NCBI GenBank assembly: GCA_009103225.1 | Contig: RHPI01003491.1 | Location: 414,452 to 478,451 of the forward strand | From: Chlorokybus atmophyticus | Lineage: Eukaryota > Plantae > Mesostigma and Chlorokybus algae | DNA: 64,000 bases | Reading direction: 5' to 3' | Shown: in pieces, positions 44,701 to 56,643 of the stretch | How positions within the stretch are numbered: position 1 is the first letter of the stretch | Layout of the letters: every line of letters begins with the position of its first letter | The notes under the pieces: generated by a model | Database searches by the model: none | Told to the model about the DNA's origin: nothing | What the model saw: only the letters and a program-made list of their open reading frames with translations | Made by a program: the position numbers and the translations under genes

Positions 44701-47201
44701 GGCATGCGCAGCATGTATGGCCAAAGAGGCATGTTTCACAGGTGCCGGGGTGGTTAAATCCACCATCATCTTGGTCAAGAACAGGGCCACTATGCCAGGG
44801 TCTGCTGCCAGGGCAGCCCAACCACGAGGCGTGCAGAACTCCACAAAGCGACGCCAGTAGCCCTCATGGCCCCGCAGGGTGCTAGTAGCACGTGACGCTG
44901 CTGCCACTTCTGGGTATAAGGTGTGCATGCGCTAAATCTCGTAGTCTCCGGGGACGTTGGGCATGAGCGACTGTAAGCTTCGCTTAATAGCAGCTGCACA
45001 CATCACGTGTCAATGGCCAGGATGCAAGTCAACCCGCAATGCCCACATATGACTGTTGGGCAAGCCCCCGTGAAGTTCTGTGACTTGCGGGCTAGGCGAC
45101 AAGCAGGCTGGGCCTCCGGGCAGGCTCACAACGTCTGTGACAAATGGTGCCCACACGCCACCCGGGCGGTGCATGGGCCTTTAAATTTGGGTTGTCCATT
45201 CAGGTACAATAAGGCACATGCGAGCCTTGCATTCGCGGGCATGACGCAGAACAGTGCCAACCTGGTGTGAGGGATGGCACCAGTAGTTGCAACCACTCCA
45301 GTCACGGTGAAAGACATCGCCGGATGAGCCCGAACATGGCAACACCGAGTTGAAGGCCACACACACGGTATTGGCATCCGTGGCGAAGCGGTTTGCATCA
45401 AAGGGGCCTCACTTGCGAGCGAGCAAGCGAACCCATGGGGTTTGCAAGGTCCAAGCGTTCTAATTCGGTGCTTTTGGAGAGCGCGTCCGCCTCCTCATCG
45501 AGTTCACGTGGTAACCACTCCACATGCAAGCAGATGCAATGCCGGTGGCAATGTAAGAAAATACGGCATGCCACTTGCTGCAAGTGTCCGGCCTCACTGC
45601 CCCCTTTGCGCATAGTGCAGTACACATTGCGGGCATCGCCATAGCACAGCACCGTGCGTCCATGTAGCTCCTCCTCGTCAGTGAGCAGGGCACGCTCAAG
45701 TCCCGATAACTCGCGATGTGTTGATGAAGTCAAGCACTCATCAGGTGCGAATGTGCCCTTCGCCACGGAGGTAGCTGTGCCATGGCGCACTAGTCCCCAA
45801 CCAGTGCCGCTAGCATCCACAAATTGCACTATGTCCGGCTGCATGGTAGGCCAAATGGGTGCCATGTTAAGCTCCTCAAAGTGGTCTCTTAGCCACGATA
45901 ACTCCGTGATCTCAGGTTGACGTAGCACCATGTGAGAGCTCCATGAGCGGCGGGTCTCAATTAAGCGGCGTGTATGCCAAGTCATGAGTTTGACGGCAGG
46001 GCTCTACACCATGAACATGGATTGCAATTTGCCACAGATGCGGGCCAGCAACTTCACTGGCACATGGCGCCTATCACCAAATGCACGTTGCAAGTCTCAA
46101 AGCAAACCATCGAGTTTCTCGACGGGGACACAAACAGTGCCAGCATGTGTATCCCACATAAAGCCGAGGAAGATGATGACTCTGCTCAGCACAATCACCG
46201 CGCAGGACGTTTTTCGCCCAGGCCGTATGGATCTCGTCATCCCGCGCAGCAAAACCGGTCAACACGGTGTGGGCGCCACAGTGCACATAGCTGCTGTGGG
46301 CGGTGACTTATGCCCGGTAATGCACACCGAGAAATTGTTATTTGCCTCGGGATATTGGCACTCGGCAAGTTGCTGCGCTCCATCATCCGAGCGGGGGGAA
46401 CGTGCGTCATACGCAACACTGTGGTGCCATACGGCACTATCCTTGGTTGGGAGAAGGTAGCCATTAAGGCGGCAGGGGAGGACCCCACGCGTTTTGGCAC
46501 ACACTCTGCTCGTTCAGGAGCTGCGACCCAAACCGTGAAGGCTAGTGTGCCCCAACACCTGTGGTAGCAGTTTGGGCATTGAAAGTCTGCCACTGCAGCT
46601 GAGGGCTATGTGCGCGCAGCGTTGCCTGAGTTGCACACACTGACGAGGAGCCTCATCTTGGGTGGTACGTGCTCTCACTTTTTGTATCCATCTATCGACC
46701 CATAGCGACCCCCCAGCATGAGCTGTGTGTCGCATATAACTCGTGTGTGAGTTATATGAGTTCATGACACTCTTGTGCCCCTAGTGCCTTGGGCACTTGG
46801 GGGCACAAGCACTCGCCAGATGTGAGTTGTGCGTCACAAGCTCCTGATCTAGTCGCTTAAGATACTAGCGCGGCGGCGCCATCCTTGGCAAGGGTGGCGA
46901 GTGTGGTATATTTTTCAGGTGTACAGGCTTCTCAAGCTTCAACCTCGGCGTCGGCAGCAGTGGCGCCATCAGCGAGTCGAAGACCGAAGAAGCGCGTGAC
47001 TTTCGCACCTGGCGTGAAGAAGTAGTTCCCGTAGTTGTAGCCTAGCGCCCTAGTGCAGACTTGTGTATAGATCAGCCTATATCTGTACACTTGTACATTT
47101 GTATTGTAATGCACTTGGGTGCTGGGCATAGCCACCGTGCTATCGACCCATAGCGACCCCTCAGCATGAACTATGTGTCGCATATAACTCGTGTGTGAGT
47201 T
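41715..47201 (+). mobile_element. Tyrosine-recombinase retrotransposon, copy 2, complete A1-ORFs-B1-A2-C-B2 layout with an internal inversion
   Basis: A1 41715-41918; B1 46692-46753; A2 46754-46907; C 46908-47139; B2 47140-47201; extra partial B 47206-47266. YR C-terminus FGTHSARSGAAT..KSATAAEGYVR at about 46490-46620. RH/Dam-like/YR N-terminus are on the minus strand at 44473-46195. Confidence 0.9.
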
Positions 47202-47479
47202 TGTAACCACCGTGCTATCAACCCATGGGCATGAGCTATGTGTCACATATAACTCGTGTGTGAGTTTGTTAAAAAGCTTCTGAAGCTAGCTATGTGGAGC
47301 AACTTGAAGCGCAAGTTATGGTTGCGTGTGCTAAATGTAGTAGCTTTTAGAGTAGAAGCATGTGTAGCTGGCGGGTGTAAAACCCGTGGACATGATGGCA
47401 ATAGGTGGTCTTGTATGGTCTGCTGACGCTGGTGTTGTGGCGCGCACTTGTGCATGTGTATGCTTATCATTGTCCATCT

Positions 47480-48739
47480 CAACGCGCTTAACCCAAAAAG
47501 CAGTCTTGTGTTCGGCCTGCTCTCTTATTTTGATTAAATGGAAACCAGCGAGCAAATTGATGATGGTGAAGACTTTGGCGTCAGCGACGTTATAAACGTT
47601 ATAAAGATGTCTTCCACAATAGGCACCGAGTACCTAATCAATTGAGTGGCTGCATTATCGAGTCCAAAGTCCACACACATGCGCATCTGTGTCTAGTTGC
47701 CCTAAAAGTCCTTCTTTCGGGGCATGATTACAGCAAACTCTTCAATCAACTCAGCTTTCAACAGCTCATCACCCTTCTGCTTCATTGCGTCTTTCTCCAC
47801 TTGATTGCATGGTATTGTCTTTTTAACATGGGTTCTTCCATGTTGCAGCGGCCTAGCTCTTGCAAGTTGAAAGCGAAGGCTTTTCGGTGTCTTTTAAGTT
47901 ATGCCAGCAGTGTTTCGTTTTCTTGTGCTATGACCTTGCTTTTGTAGTCCCATGTGTGTGTAGTTTCATCCACACTCTTCTGTGGCAGCCAACATATGTG
48001 GCTGGTCACATGAAGTTGACACCCCTTCAGCACCTTGACCGTGGTCTGGCCGTCTCCACCCCCTCAGCATGTGACTCAAGCTCCGACTGTCAGGTTGCTT
48101 GGCTGAGACTAGTGTGCGCGCTTCTTCTGCCACTTTTGGGGCAGCCGACGACACCGTTAGTAATCCATATCAAGCTACTACAAACTTGAGCGTGGCCGAG
48201 CAGCTTTTTTCGCTGCTGTTTTGTTACGCCAGAAGCCTTTGTAACATCTGGCAAAAAACCCATGACTTTCTCTCTCTCATCGGCAGTGGGTTCCTTCTCC
48301 TAACCCGTCTTGTTGTTGTAGATGCCAAGCCCATTGTTGAGAAGCATAACTGGCAGGGTAAGTAACTAAAATGGGCAATGTCCTCTATGGCTCTCCCACT
48401 CCCACACATTAGCAGGGTGTTGTGCTGGCCTATGCATTGTTAAAACCGGTTGTGGGTCTCGCCCCTCCTCCAGCATGTCACTAACCAATAGTTGACCTGC
48501 TCTTTCATATTCTTGCTATACTTGTTTGCGCAGCTCGGTAGGTGCCAAGTTGGTCAACAACATTCTCAACCGATGTGCGCGCGATTCGCATTGTGCTGCA
48601 CCTAACTCAACTATACATCCCAACACCGACATCATAATCTGATTGTCACGGTGGATATGATCACACAATCATATGTAGGTATGTTTTCACTTAATTAAGT
48701 AGCGGGGGTATTCTTTTGTGTTGCTCGCAACATCTGTAG
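47480..48739 (-). pseudogene. Second, highly diverged C5-DNMT - RT relic of a DNMT-Gypsy family
   Basis: Minus-strand translation with stops and frameshifts: ENI (VI); AAQCESRAHRLRMLLTNLA (VIII); DMLEEGRDPQPV; RTLPILVTYPASYA; EPTADEREKVMGFLP (IX); QQRKKLLGHA (X); then FAFNLQELG, LLKAELIEE, RKKDF*GN*TQMRMCVDF, FTIINLLAGFHLIKI..KTAFW (RT). Confidence 0.8.
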
Positions 48740-49396
48740 TGTAACAGCTTGGACCTTTTTCCATAATTTACTAAATGTACAGTATGCATTTTGCCTTTTG
48801 TGTGGCTTTATCAAGGCTTTATGAAGGGCTTTTACAAGCCGTATGGGCGGTGCTCTGCTGCCGCACGTGACTTCGCCTGCGACCAGCCCGGCAGCTGCCT
48901 GCATACGACGTGACCTAGTAAGGCAGCGGTAACGCAGCTGACCAGACTGCACGGTACCTGCCATGTGACGCGGACATAGTCAGTCTACCGCTGCGCAGTA
49001 CCTTGTGACGCGGACTGCCTAGTCAGCTGCCGCGTGAAATGTACTCCGGCGCGGGGTAGCAGTCTGCACTTATACAGGTCTTTTGGATTTGGTAAATCAT
49101 CGACAAAAAGGCCTGATTCATAAGCTGCTTGGTTGTTGTGCTTGTATATATAGAAACTCTGTATACTACAACCAACTCTTGTTTTCTGCTCTTTGCTGTG
49201 AGTATGCTGGTGTATGCTTGAGAGAGGCGTGATCCAAGGCACACTGCTTCGTTCTTGCATGGCGTGGGAAGTAGTAGTGTTTGCGTGCGTGTGCGTGCGC
49301 GGGAGAAGACAAGGTTCCGGTGTGAAGACTGTGCTCAGCTGCACACATGTGTTGTATGACTTGTGTGCTGTGTATGTGACCACGAGCATCGTTACA
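48740..49396 (+). repeat. Family G Gypsy 5' LTR (657 bp)
   Basis: TGTAACAGC..GTTACA, followed by the PBS TGGTATCGGAGCC (tRNA-iMet 3' end); paralogous to 60719-61364. Confidence 0.9.
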
Positions 49397-49493
49397 GTGG
49401 TATCGGAGCCCTTGGAAGGGTGGAGTTTCTTGCTTTATAAGGATATTAACTATATCTTTGGTGTGAGGTATACTTCTGTTTACGGACGCTACC

Positions 49494-50529
49494 ATGGATG
49501 ATGTACATGTCGTGGAGCTTCAGCAAGTGCTGGTCGCTGCTTATAAAAAGCTGCAACGTGTTCAAGCATCTGCTCAAGCTCTATCGGCACAATTTCAAGA
49601 AGTCTTGGCGCAAGTGCGCGCGGCTACGCCTATTGCTGTACCTGTGGCTCTTCCACCAGCCTCTCGTCACGTGAAAGTGCCAAAACCAAAGCCATTTAAG
49701 GGCCAGAGGGATGGTGACTGCGTCGAGGAGTGGGTGTTTGCTGTCTCTTCATGGTTGAAGCTCACCGAGGTACCCGTACATCTCCATGTCGATGTGGCTG
49801 CTACTTTTTTAAAGGGAGCTGCACTTGTGTGGTGGCGTTATCGTTGTGCTCGTGTGGAAGCTGGTCTCGAGGTCCCCTTTATCACCGTGGCTAAGCTGGC
49901 CGTTGAAGGTGAAGAAACAGTTCGTATCGGTGCAAAGCATGAAGACGGCACGCGATCAGCTCTGTACACTTGTGCAAACGTAATCCATGATGGCCTACAC
50001 ATCCGCGTTTCAGTGTCTTGTGCTCTCCATACCCAACATGACTGAGGAGGAGCAGTTGGACCGCTATACGCGCGAGTTGAAGACTCTTTGTCGCAAGGAA
50101 GTTGAGCTTCGTGACGCCAAGTCTCTTGCGGAGGCCATTCGCGTCGCCGAGCGTACGCACGTGTTTTACTTCAAGGGTACTGCATAAGACACTGATCGTG
50201 GGCGTTTCTATAAATTCCAGGGAGGTTTATATCGCTCGTACACATCTTTTGGAACTGGTTCGGCAGCTGCAACAGCTGCGGGGGGTGGCTCGGGACCTAC
50301 ACCAATGGAGTTGGGTGTTCTCCATGCTTCAAAGAGGGGTGTGAAGGGTCGGGAAGATGCCAAGGCAGTTCGGAAGTGTTGGGAGTGCTCTTCTACTAGA
50401 AATATGCGCTCCAACTGCCCCATCTTCAAGACAAAGTCGGCTGCACGTGCACGCAATGCGCGCGGCGGTGGACGTGTGAATACGGTGGAGGTGGAGATGT
50501 TACAGTCGGGAAACGGCTCACCTCAGTAG
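49494..50529 (+). pseudogene. gag: Family G gag (frameshifts and stops)
   Basis: PKPFKG..EEWVF, FLKGAALVWW, IPNMTEEEQLDRYTR; degenerate knuckle CWECSSTRNMRSNC; ends SGNGSPQ*. Confidence 0.8.
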
Positions 50530-51141
50530 CTAAGGAGGCTGCTGCTGAGGTTGAGATGGAGCCTCTTTCTGATGTTGACAGTTCAAAGCCTTTCGTGGAT
50601 ACGTCGGTGACTGTTGGCGGCATGTATACGTGCGCAACGGCGACGCGAGACGGTGTGGTTCGTGTGCCCGATGAGGCGAGGCAGCTGCTGACCGTCACGG
50701 CCATGATTCGCGAGGGTGATGGGCCTTGGGTGGAGTGCAAAAGTGCTGGTGGATAGCGGCACGAACAGCAACTTCATGAATCGAGAGGTTGCGCGTCGAC
50801 ACAAGTGGCTTTCGCGGGCGAAGCTCCGTAACTCTCGCGGACGGCCGTGCGCCAACCGGAGCTGCGAAGCTGAGCAAAGAGCTTGAAGTCCACGTGGGGA
50901 TGATAAAAGGATAGCCTACGGTTTTGCTGCCTCAAGCCCGGCTACGGCTTTGATGGCATTTTGGGGTTACCTTGGCTTTGGACACATATCCCCGCCATTA
51001 ATTGGAGGAAGTGCCTAATTGCTGCCCCGGAAGGTGGTGGTATGGCTATGACTTGCTTGGGTGCTTCTTCCCGTGGTGAGTGTTTAGTTCAAAAGCGTGT
51101 ATGTCACAGCCCACTCGACCACAAAAGACTTGGTGCTTTTA

Positions 51142-54100
51142 TCCCAACAATCAAGCGGCCATCTTCGACTGGCTTGTGAAGTTGCGACACTATGTCAACT
51201 CCCTTCACATTTCTGAGGAGGGGAAATTGCGTGTAGCTGAGTTGCTGATCCCAAACGATGCTCTGGCAGAGTGGTACCGCCGTAAGCAACGGGATACAAA
51301 CCTCGGGCGGGAAGTAAATCAGTTGTGCTTTTTCATGGAGCAGCACTATGGTGGTGCAGATCCTGCCCAGGTTGCTCGCAACTAGCTGCACAACCTGCGT
51401 CAGAACGGGCGTCCGGTTCAGCAGTATATCCAGGATTTTTAGTCGTTTATCAGCAAGATCAATGCTGGCAAACTACCTATCAGTGATGCTGATCAGCTGG
51501 ATATGTTCAGGTGTGGCTTGGACACAGATCTCGTGCAGCATGTGGCCGTCAACCTCGCGAGTTTGCAAGAGTGGGCCTCGACGGATTTACCAATGCTGAT
51601 GCAGATGGTTGCTGCTGTGGACAGTGTAAAGCGCTCTCACGCCAACATGCAAACCACGGCAAAAGAGGCAGCCCCGGTTTCAGCTGCAAAGCGCCCGGCC
51701 ACTGACAACAAACCTTTTGTGAAAAAGGCGAAACCATCTCATCCTGCTAGCCCCTACAACGCGGCCAAAGCCATCATCACTTGCAGTTTCTGCAAGAAGA
51801 CAGGTCATGGGGAGGCTAAGTGCTATGCAAAACAGAATGCACAGAAGGCCAAGCAGCAGAGAGACAAGAAATAGGAATTGTCCGTGGTTGGTAGCTTAGT
51901 CGAGCAACACGACTTTAAAAACTCTGTGCTTCTTGATAAAGTTTCCTCTCTTTGTGATGTATCAGATGTATGGACTGATATGAGCACACCACCTGTCTTG
52001 AGAAATGCAAACGGTTGTATTTTAATCAATGTTCCATTCTCTGAATTAGTAACCGCTGTTAAGCACTTACACGAGTTGCAATTACAACATGCTGTCACTG
52101 CATGTGTAGTTATCCCTCAATATCATGGCCCGTGGTCGCGATTGTTGAAAGGGGAGAAGTAATTATGCAACTCTCACGCAAAGATACAGGAGCTTCACCA
52201 TTGCAAGTGATCTTTATCAAGTCTGCTACCAATCACGGCACTCCGACACTAGCTACATTTGATGGTCACTAAGTGCCACTCAAATGGAGATTTGAGAGTC
52301 AACTTATGGGTACACCATGTACAGCATTGATTGATACTGGTGCAAACCATAACTTTGTTGAACATGCTTAGGTGAAACGTAATAACATTCCTTTCACACC
52401 AATCACGTCATATGTACGTGCTGCTGGTTCCACTTTCAATGCAATGGGAGAGGTAAGGGCGTTTTGTTATTAATGGCTATATATCCCGACCAGCCTTCAT
52501 CGTGGTGGATATTGGTATCCCCGGGGTGGATGTTGTTTTAGGGGAACAATGGCACACTGAAGCAGGTTTACAATTAGACTCTCGAGCCAATACGTGCACC
52601 CTTCGTAAAGAGAAACGTAGGATGACTTTAACAGCATCTGTACTCGCACGTATACCACGCGATAATGTTCCGCTCCTCTCTGCTATGCAATTGAAACGTT
52701 GCATGCGTAAATGTGAGGAAGTATACTTACTGCACTTACGACAGGTGGAAACATCTGCTGAACAGGCTATCAGTGACCCTGTGGTGCAGTCACTTACGGA
52801 ACAATACGCAGATGTATTTCAGGATGAACTCCCAGAGTTGCCTCCCAATCGAAACATACATCATACCATTCCATTAGAGGAGGGGGCAAAGCCACCTTGG
52901 CGGCCTATATACAGGCTAAGTCCCTTAGAACACGCGGAGATGGAAAAACAGCTCAAAGAGTTATTGGACAAAGGTTTAATAACAAAGAGCATATCTCCTT
53001 TTGGTGCACCAATTTTGTTTGTGCCCAAAAAGAATGGCAAGCTACGCATGTGTATTGATTACCGTGCGTTGAACAAGGTCACTGTAAAAAACATATACCC
53101 TTTGCCTCGGATTGATGATTTGTTTGATAAGCTGTCAGGTGCAACAGTGTTCAGCACGCTGGATTTGACCAGTGGTTATCATCACATCAAAATCCACCCG
53201 TCGGATATACAAAAAACTGCATTTCGCACCCCACTAGGACACTTTGAGTATAAAGTGTTACCATTTGGGTTAACAAATGCACCGGCTACATTTCAGACAG
53301 CAGTGAACGCGGTATTCGCTAATGAATTGTACAAGTTTGTACTGGTATATCTAGACGACACTATCGTGTTCAGCAAAACCCGGGAGGACCACCACAAACA
53401 TGTGGAATTGGTTCAGCTACATTACGCGAACACGAATTCTATGCCAACCTATCCAAATGCAACTTTGCAAAGGATGAACTACCCTTTTGAGGGCATGTAA
53501 TTGGCAAAGAAGGATTGAAACCAGATCCTCAAAAGGTGTGTGCGGTAAAGGATTGGCCACCACCCAAGGATGTACATCAGTTACGTGCTTTCTTGGGGCT
53601 AGCCAATTATTTCCGCAAATTCATGCGAGCATATTCTGGCATGGCAAATCCTTTAACATCTTTATTAAGAAAAGATGTTAAATTTGTGTGGACGGAGGCA
53701 CACGAGGTTGCTTTTACACGCATTAAAGATGCATTAAAGCAAGCCCCTGTGTTAGCCTTCCCCGACCACACCAAGCCTTTTGTGGTGATCAGTGATGCTT
53801 CCACCATTGGGTGTGGGGCAGTCCTTCTACAGGATGACAGACCATGTGCATATGAAAGCAGAAAGTTCATTCCTGCTGAACGTAATTACACAACCACTGA
53901 GCAGGAATTGCTCGGGGTGGTGCACGCGCTGCGCACATGGCGTTGCTACTTGGAAGGGGTGGAGTTTTCAGTGATTACTGATCACAACCCGCTCACATTC
54001 TTTCATACGCAACAAAATCTGTCGAGGCGGCAAGCTAGGTGGAATGAATTCATTTCTCGTTTCACTTTCACTTGGCAATACCGTCCGGGTCGCACCAATG

Positions 54101-56551
54101 TGGCGGATCCACTAAGTCGCAGCCCTGCTCTGTTGGCACTTACGCGCTCTCGAAGTACGCGTAATGTACAACAGTCTGAAGATCCTTTCTTAAAGGAAGT
54201 GTCCGCAGGTTATAACTCAGATGACTGGTTTAGCAGTAAAACCAACTTGCAACAGCTTACTGCTGTTAGCATTCTGTGGTATAAAGGGGAGCAGTTGGCA
54301 ATTTGCAACTCGGGCGACTTATGTAAGCAATGCTTACATTCAGTGCATGACCCACCGTATGCTGGGCATTTGGGGAAACACAAAACACTCAAATCTGCAC
54401 AACAGTTATACTGGTGGCCGTCAATGTCAGCTGACGTGGATCAATATGTTCGCACATGTGACGTGGGTCAACGTAATAAGCCACTACGATAAAAACAAGC
54501 GGGATTGCTTAGACCATTGGCAATTCCAGAACAAAAGTGGGATAGTGTCAGTATGGATTTGATTACTGACCTACCTGAAACAGCAGCTAAATACACTGCT
54601 ATTGTATTTTTTGTCGACCGTGTGACTAAAATGGTGCACTTTGCCCCGTGTTGCACAACTGTAAGTGCACGGGACTTGGCACACTTATTTATGTCTACAA
54701 TCTTTCGCGTTCACGGTGTACCGCGTGAACTTGTCACAGATCGTGATCCTCGGTTTGTCTCCAAGTTTTGGCGAGAAGTCTGTGAATTGTTGGGGGTAAA
54801 AAAAAGCATATCGACTGCTTTCCACCCGCAAACGGACGGTCAAACTGAGCGAGCAAATCAAATACTGAAAGAAATGCTTCGCCACTATGTGGCTCCTAAT
54901 CATGCTGATTGGGACAGGTACTTGCCAATGGCAGAGTTCGCTGTGAACAACACATGGCAGGAAAGTGTATAGGAAACCCCATTTTTCTTGAATTATGGGA
55001 TTCGCCCAAACACACCAGCGTCATTGCGTGTACCTCGCAATACCCTGACTGTACTAGCGGCAAAGGAATTTGCCACTAATATGCAAGAAATTTGGCTCGA
55101 GCCAAGCTGTGTCTGTCAGAAGCACAGGACAGGCAAAAAGCTTATGCTGATACACGTCGAAAAATGGCCACTTCCGATGTCGGCGATAAAGTTTTGCTTA
55201 ACGCAAAGAACATAACCATCAAAGGTACGGGTGCTCGCAAGTTGCTGCCCCGATGGTTAGGTCCATTCTCTATCACTGATAGAGTTGGTACGCACGCTTA
55301 CCGACTGCAATTGCCCCAAAGTGTGCGTATACACACCGTGTTCCATGTGAACTTGTTGAAACCTTACCGCTCAGACGGTAGAACACAGCCTCCACCACCG
55401 CCAGCTGAGGTGGACAGCGAGCTCGAATACGATGTGGAAGCTATATTGAACCATAAGCTAAATAGTCGAGGACGCGCAACTCGCTATTTGGTGAAATGGA
55501 AAGCGTATGGCCCGGAACATAACAGTTGGGAGCCCGACAGGCATTTTACGCACTGCCGCGAGTTGCTCCGAGCTTATTGGGATTCATGTCCTGTCCCATA
55601 AACTGTGGGCTTGGTTTTATGACAGACTGGCAATGCAGTTTCATCACCACCCTGTCATTTCCTGCTATCTCACTGGTTACAATTACTCGAAATCAAGCCT
55701 GATCAACTTGAGTTCAACGAGGACGTTGAAAACCTAAGTAAGGGGGAATGTAACGGGAGCAATAATAATAGGGGTATTATTGCTACCTAAATAACACATT
55801 TTGTATGAATAAGTCTTTTAATATGCTTATTTATACCTCTTTTCTACGGTTCCTCGCTTATCAAAAGCCATGATGCTTTATCATAGCTTAAATAAGTCCC
55901 AATGGGTGTAGAACTGTTGAGAACTAGTGATGCGCCTGGTGTGTGTGTATTTGCCTCCTACATACAAGTGTGCACACACCAAGGACAAGTGCAGCAAGCA
56001 CGCCAACTATAGAGACAATGTGCGACCCATTGTATTAAGCAGTATACAGTGTCTTATATACTATGCTACTAAGTACTAGTCAACTCTAGACAACTCTGGT
56101 CACAGTCAACACTAGTCAACACTAGTCACTGGTCAAAGTCAACTGCCAAAGTCAAAGTTGACTATGGTTGACCATAACTGCCGTAACTCCCGTAACTGTC
56201 ATAACTCCCATAACCATAAAGGTTAAGCTAATCGTACCAACTACATGTAGGCGCCGCCTGTACATGTACTTTCAACAAGCTATAACATTTAACAAGAACC
56301 GCTTGTTCAAGCCTATTTAGTGTCACATTTGATATAATGTGATCACTATCTCGTTAGGTACCTTACGATAGGTATCCTTTGGATAGGTACCTTATCGATA
56401 TGTACCTTATCTGAGCTGTGATTGGCTCACGCTAAATTTCCTAACTACCCTATCTGTAGGGTCGATGTCTAGTTGTGAGTTAATTATCGAGAGGTATATA
56501 GTTGATATATTCTTGATATAAAAGGTCACATCAATCTGATGTGGGGACTTT
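51142..56551 (+). mobile_element. Family H chromodomain Gypsy, 5'-truncated, lightly degraded (3' LTR from 55749 into the gap)
   Basis: CSFCKKTGHGEAKC; LIDTGANHNF; [19 protein letters not shown]; RNase H ISDAS/EQELL/TDHNPL; integrase SMDLITDL/TDRDPRF/DGQTER; chromodomain EYDVEAIL..YLVKWK..NSWEP; PPT agtaagggggaa then TGTAACGGGA. Confidence 0.9.
52502..55601 (+). pseudogene. pol: Family H pol (RT, RNase H, integrase, chromodomain) broken by a few stops and frameshifts
   Basis: Consecutive ORFs 52502-53500, 53515-54492, 54505-54972 and 55092-55601 carry successive pol motifs. Confidence 0.9.
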
Positions 56552-56643
56552 NNNNNNNNNNNNNNNNNNNNNNNNNNNNNNNNNNNNNNNNNNNNNNNNN
56601 NNNNNNNNNNNNNNNNNNNNNNNNNNNNNNNNNNNNNNNNNNN

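Noticed and set aside
46692-47266. CRISPR-like or satellite array from the recurring B repeats
   Set aside because: These are the split direct repeats of a YR retrotransposon; there is no regular repeat-spacer periodicity and no cas genes.
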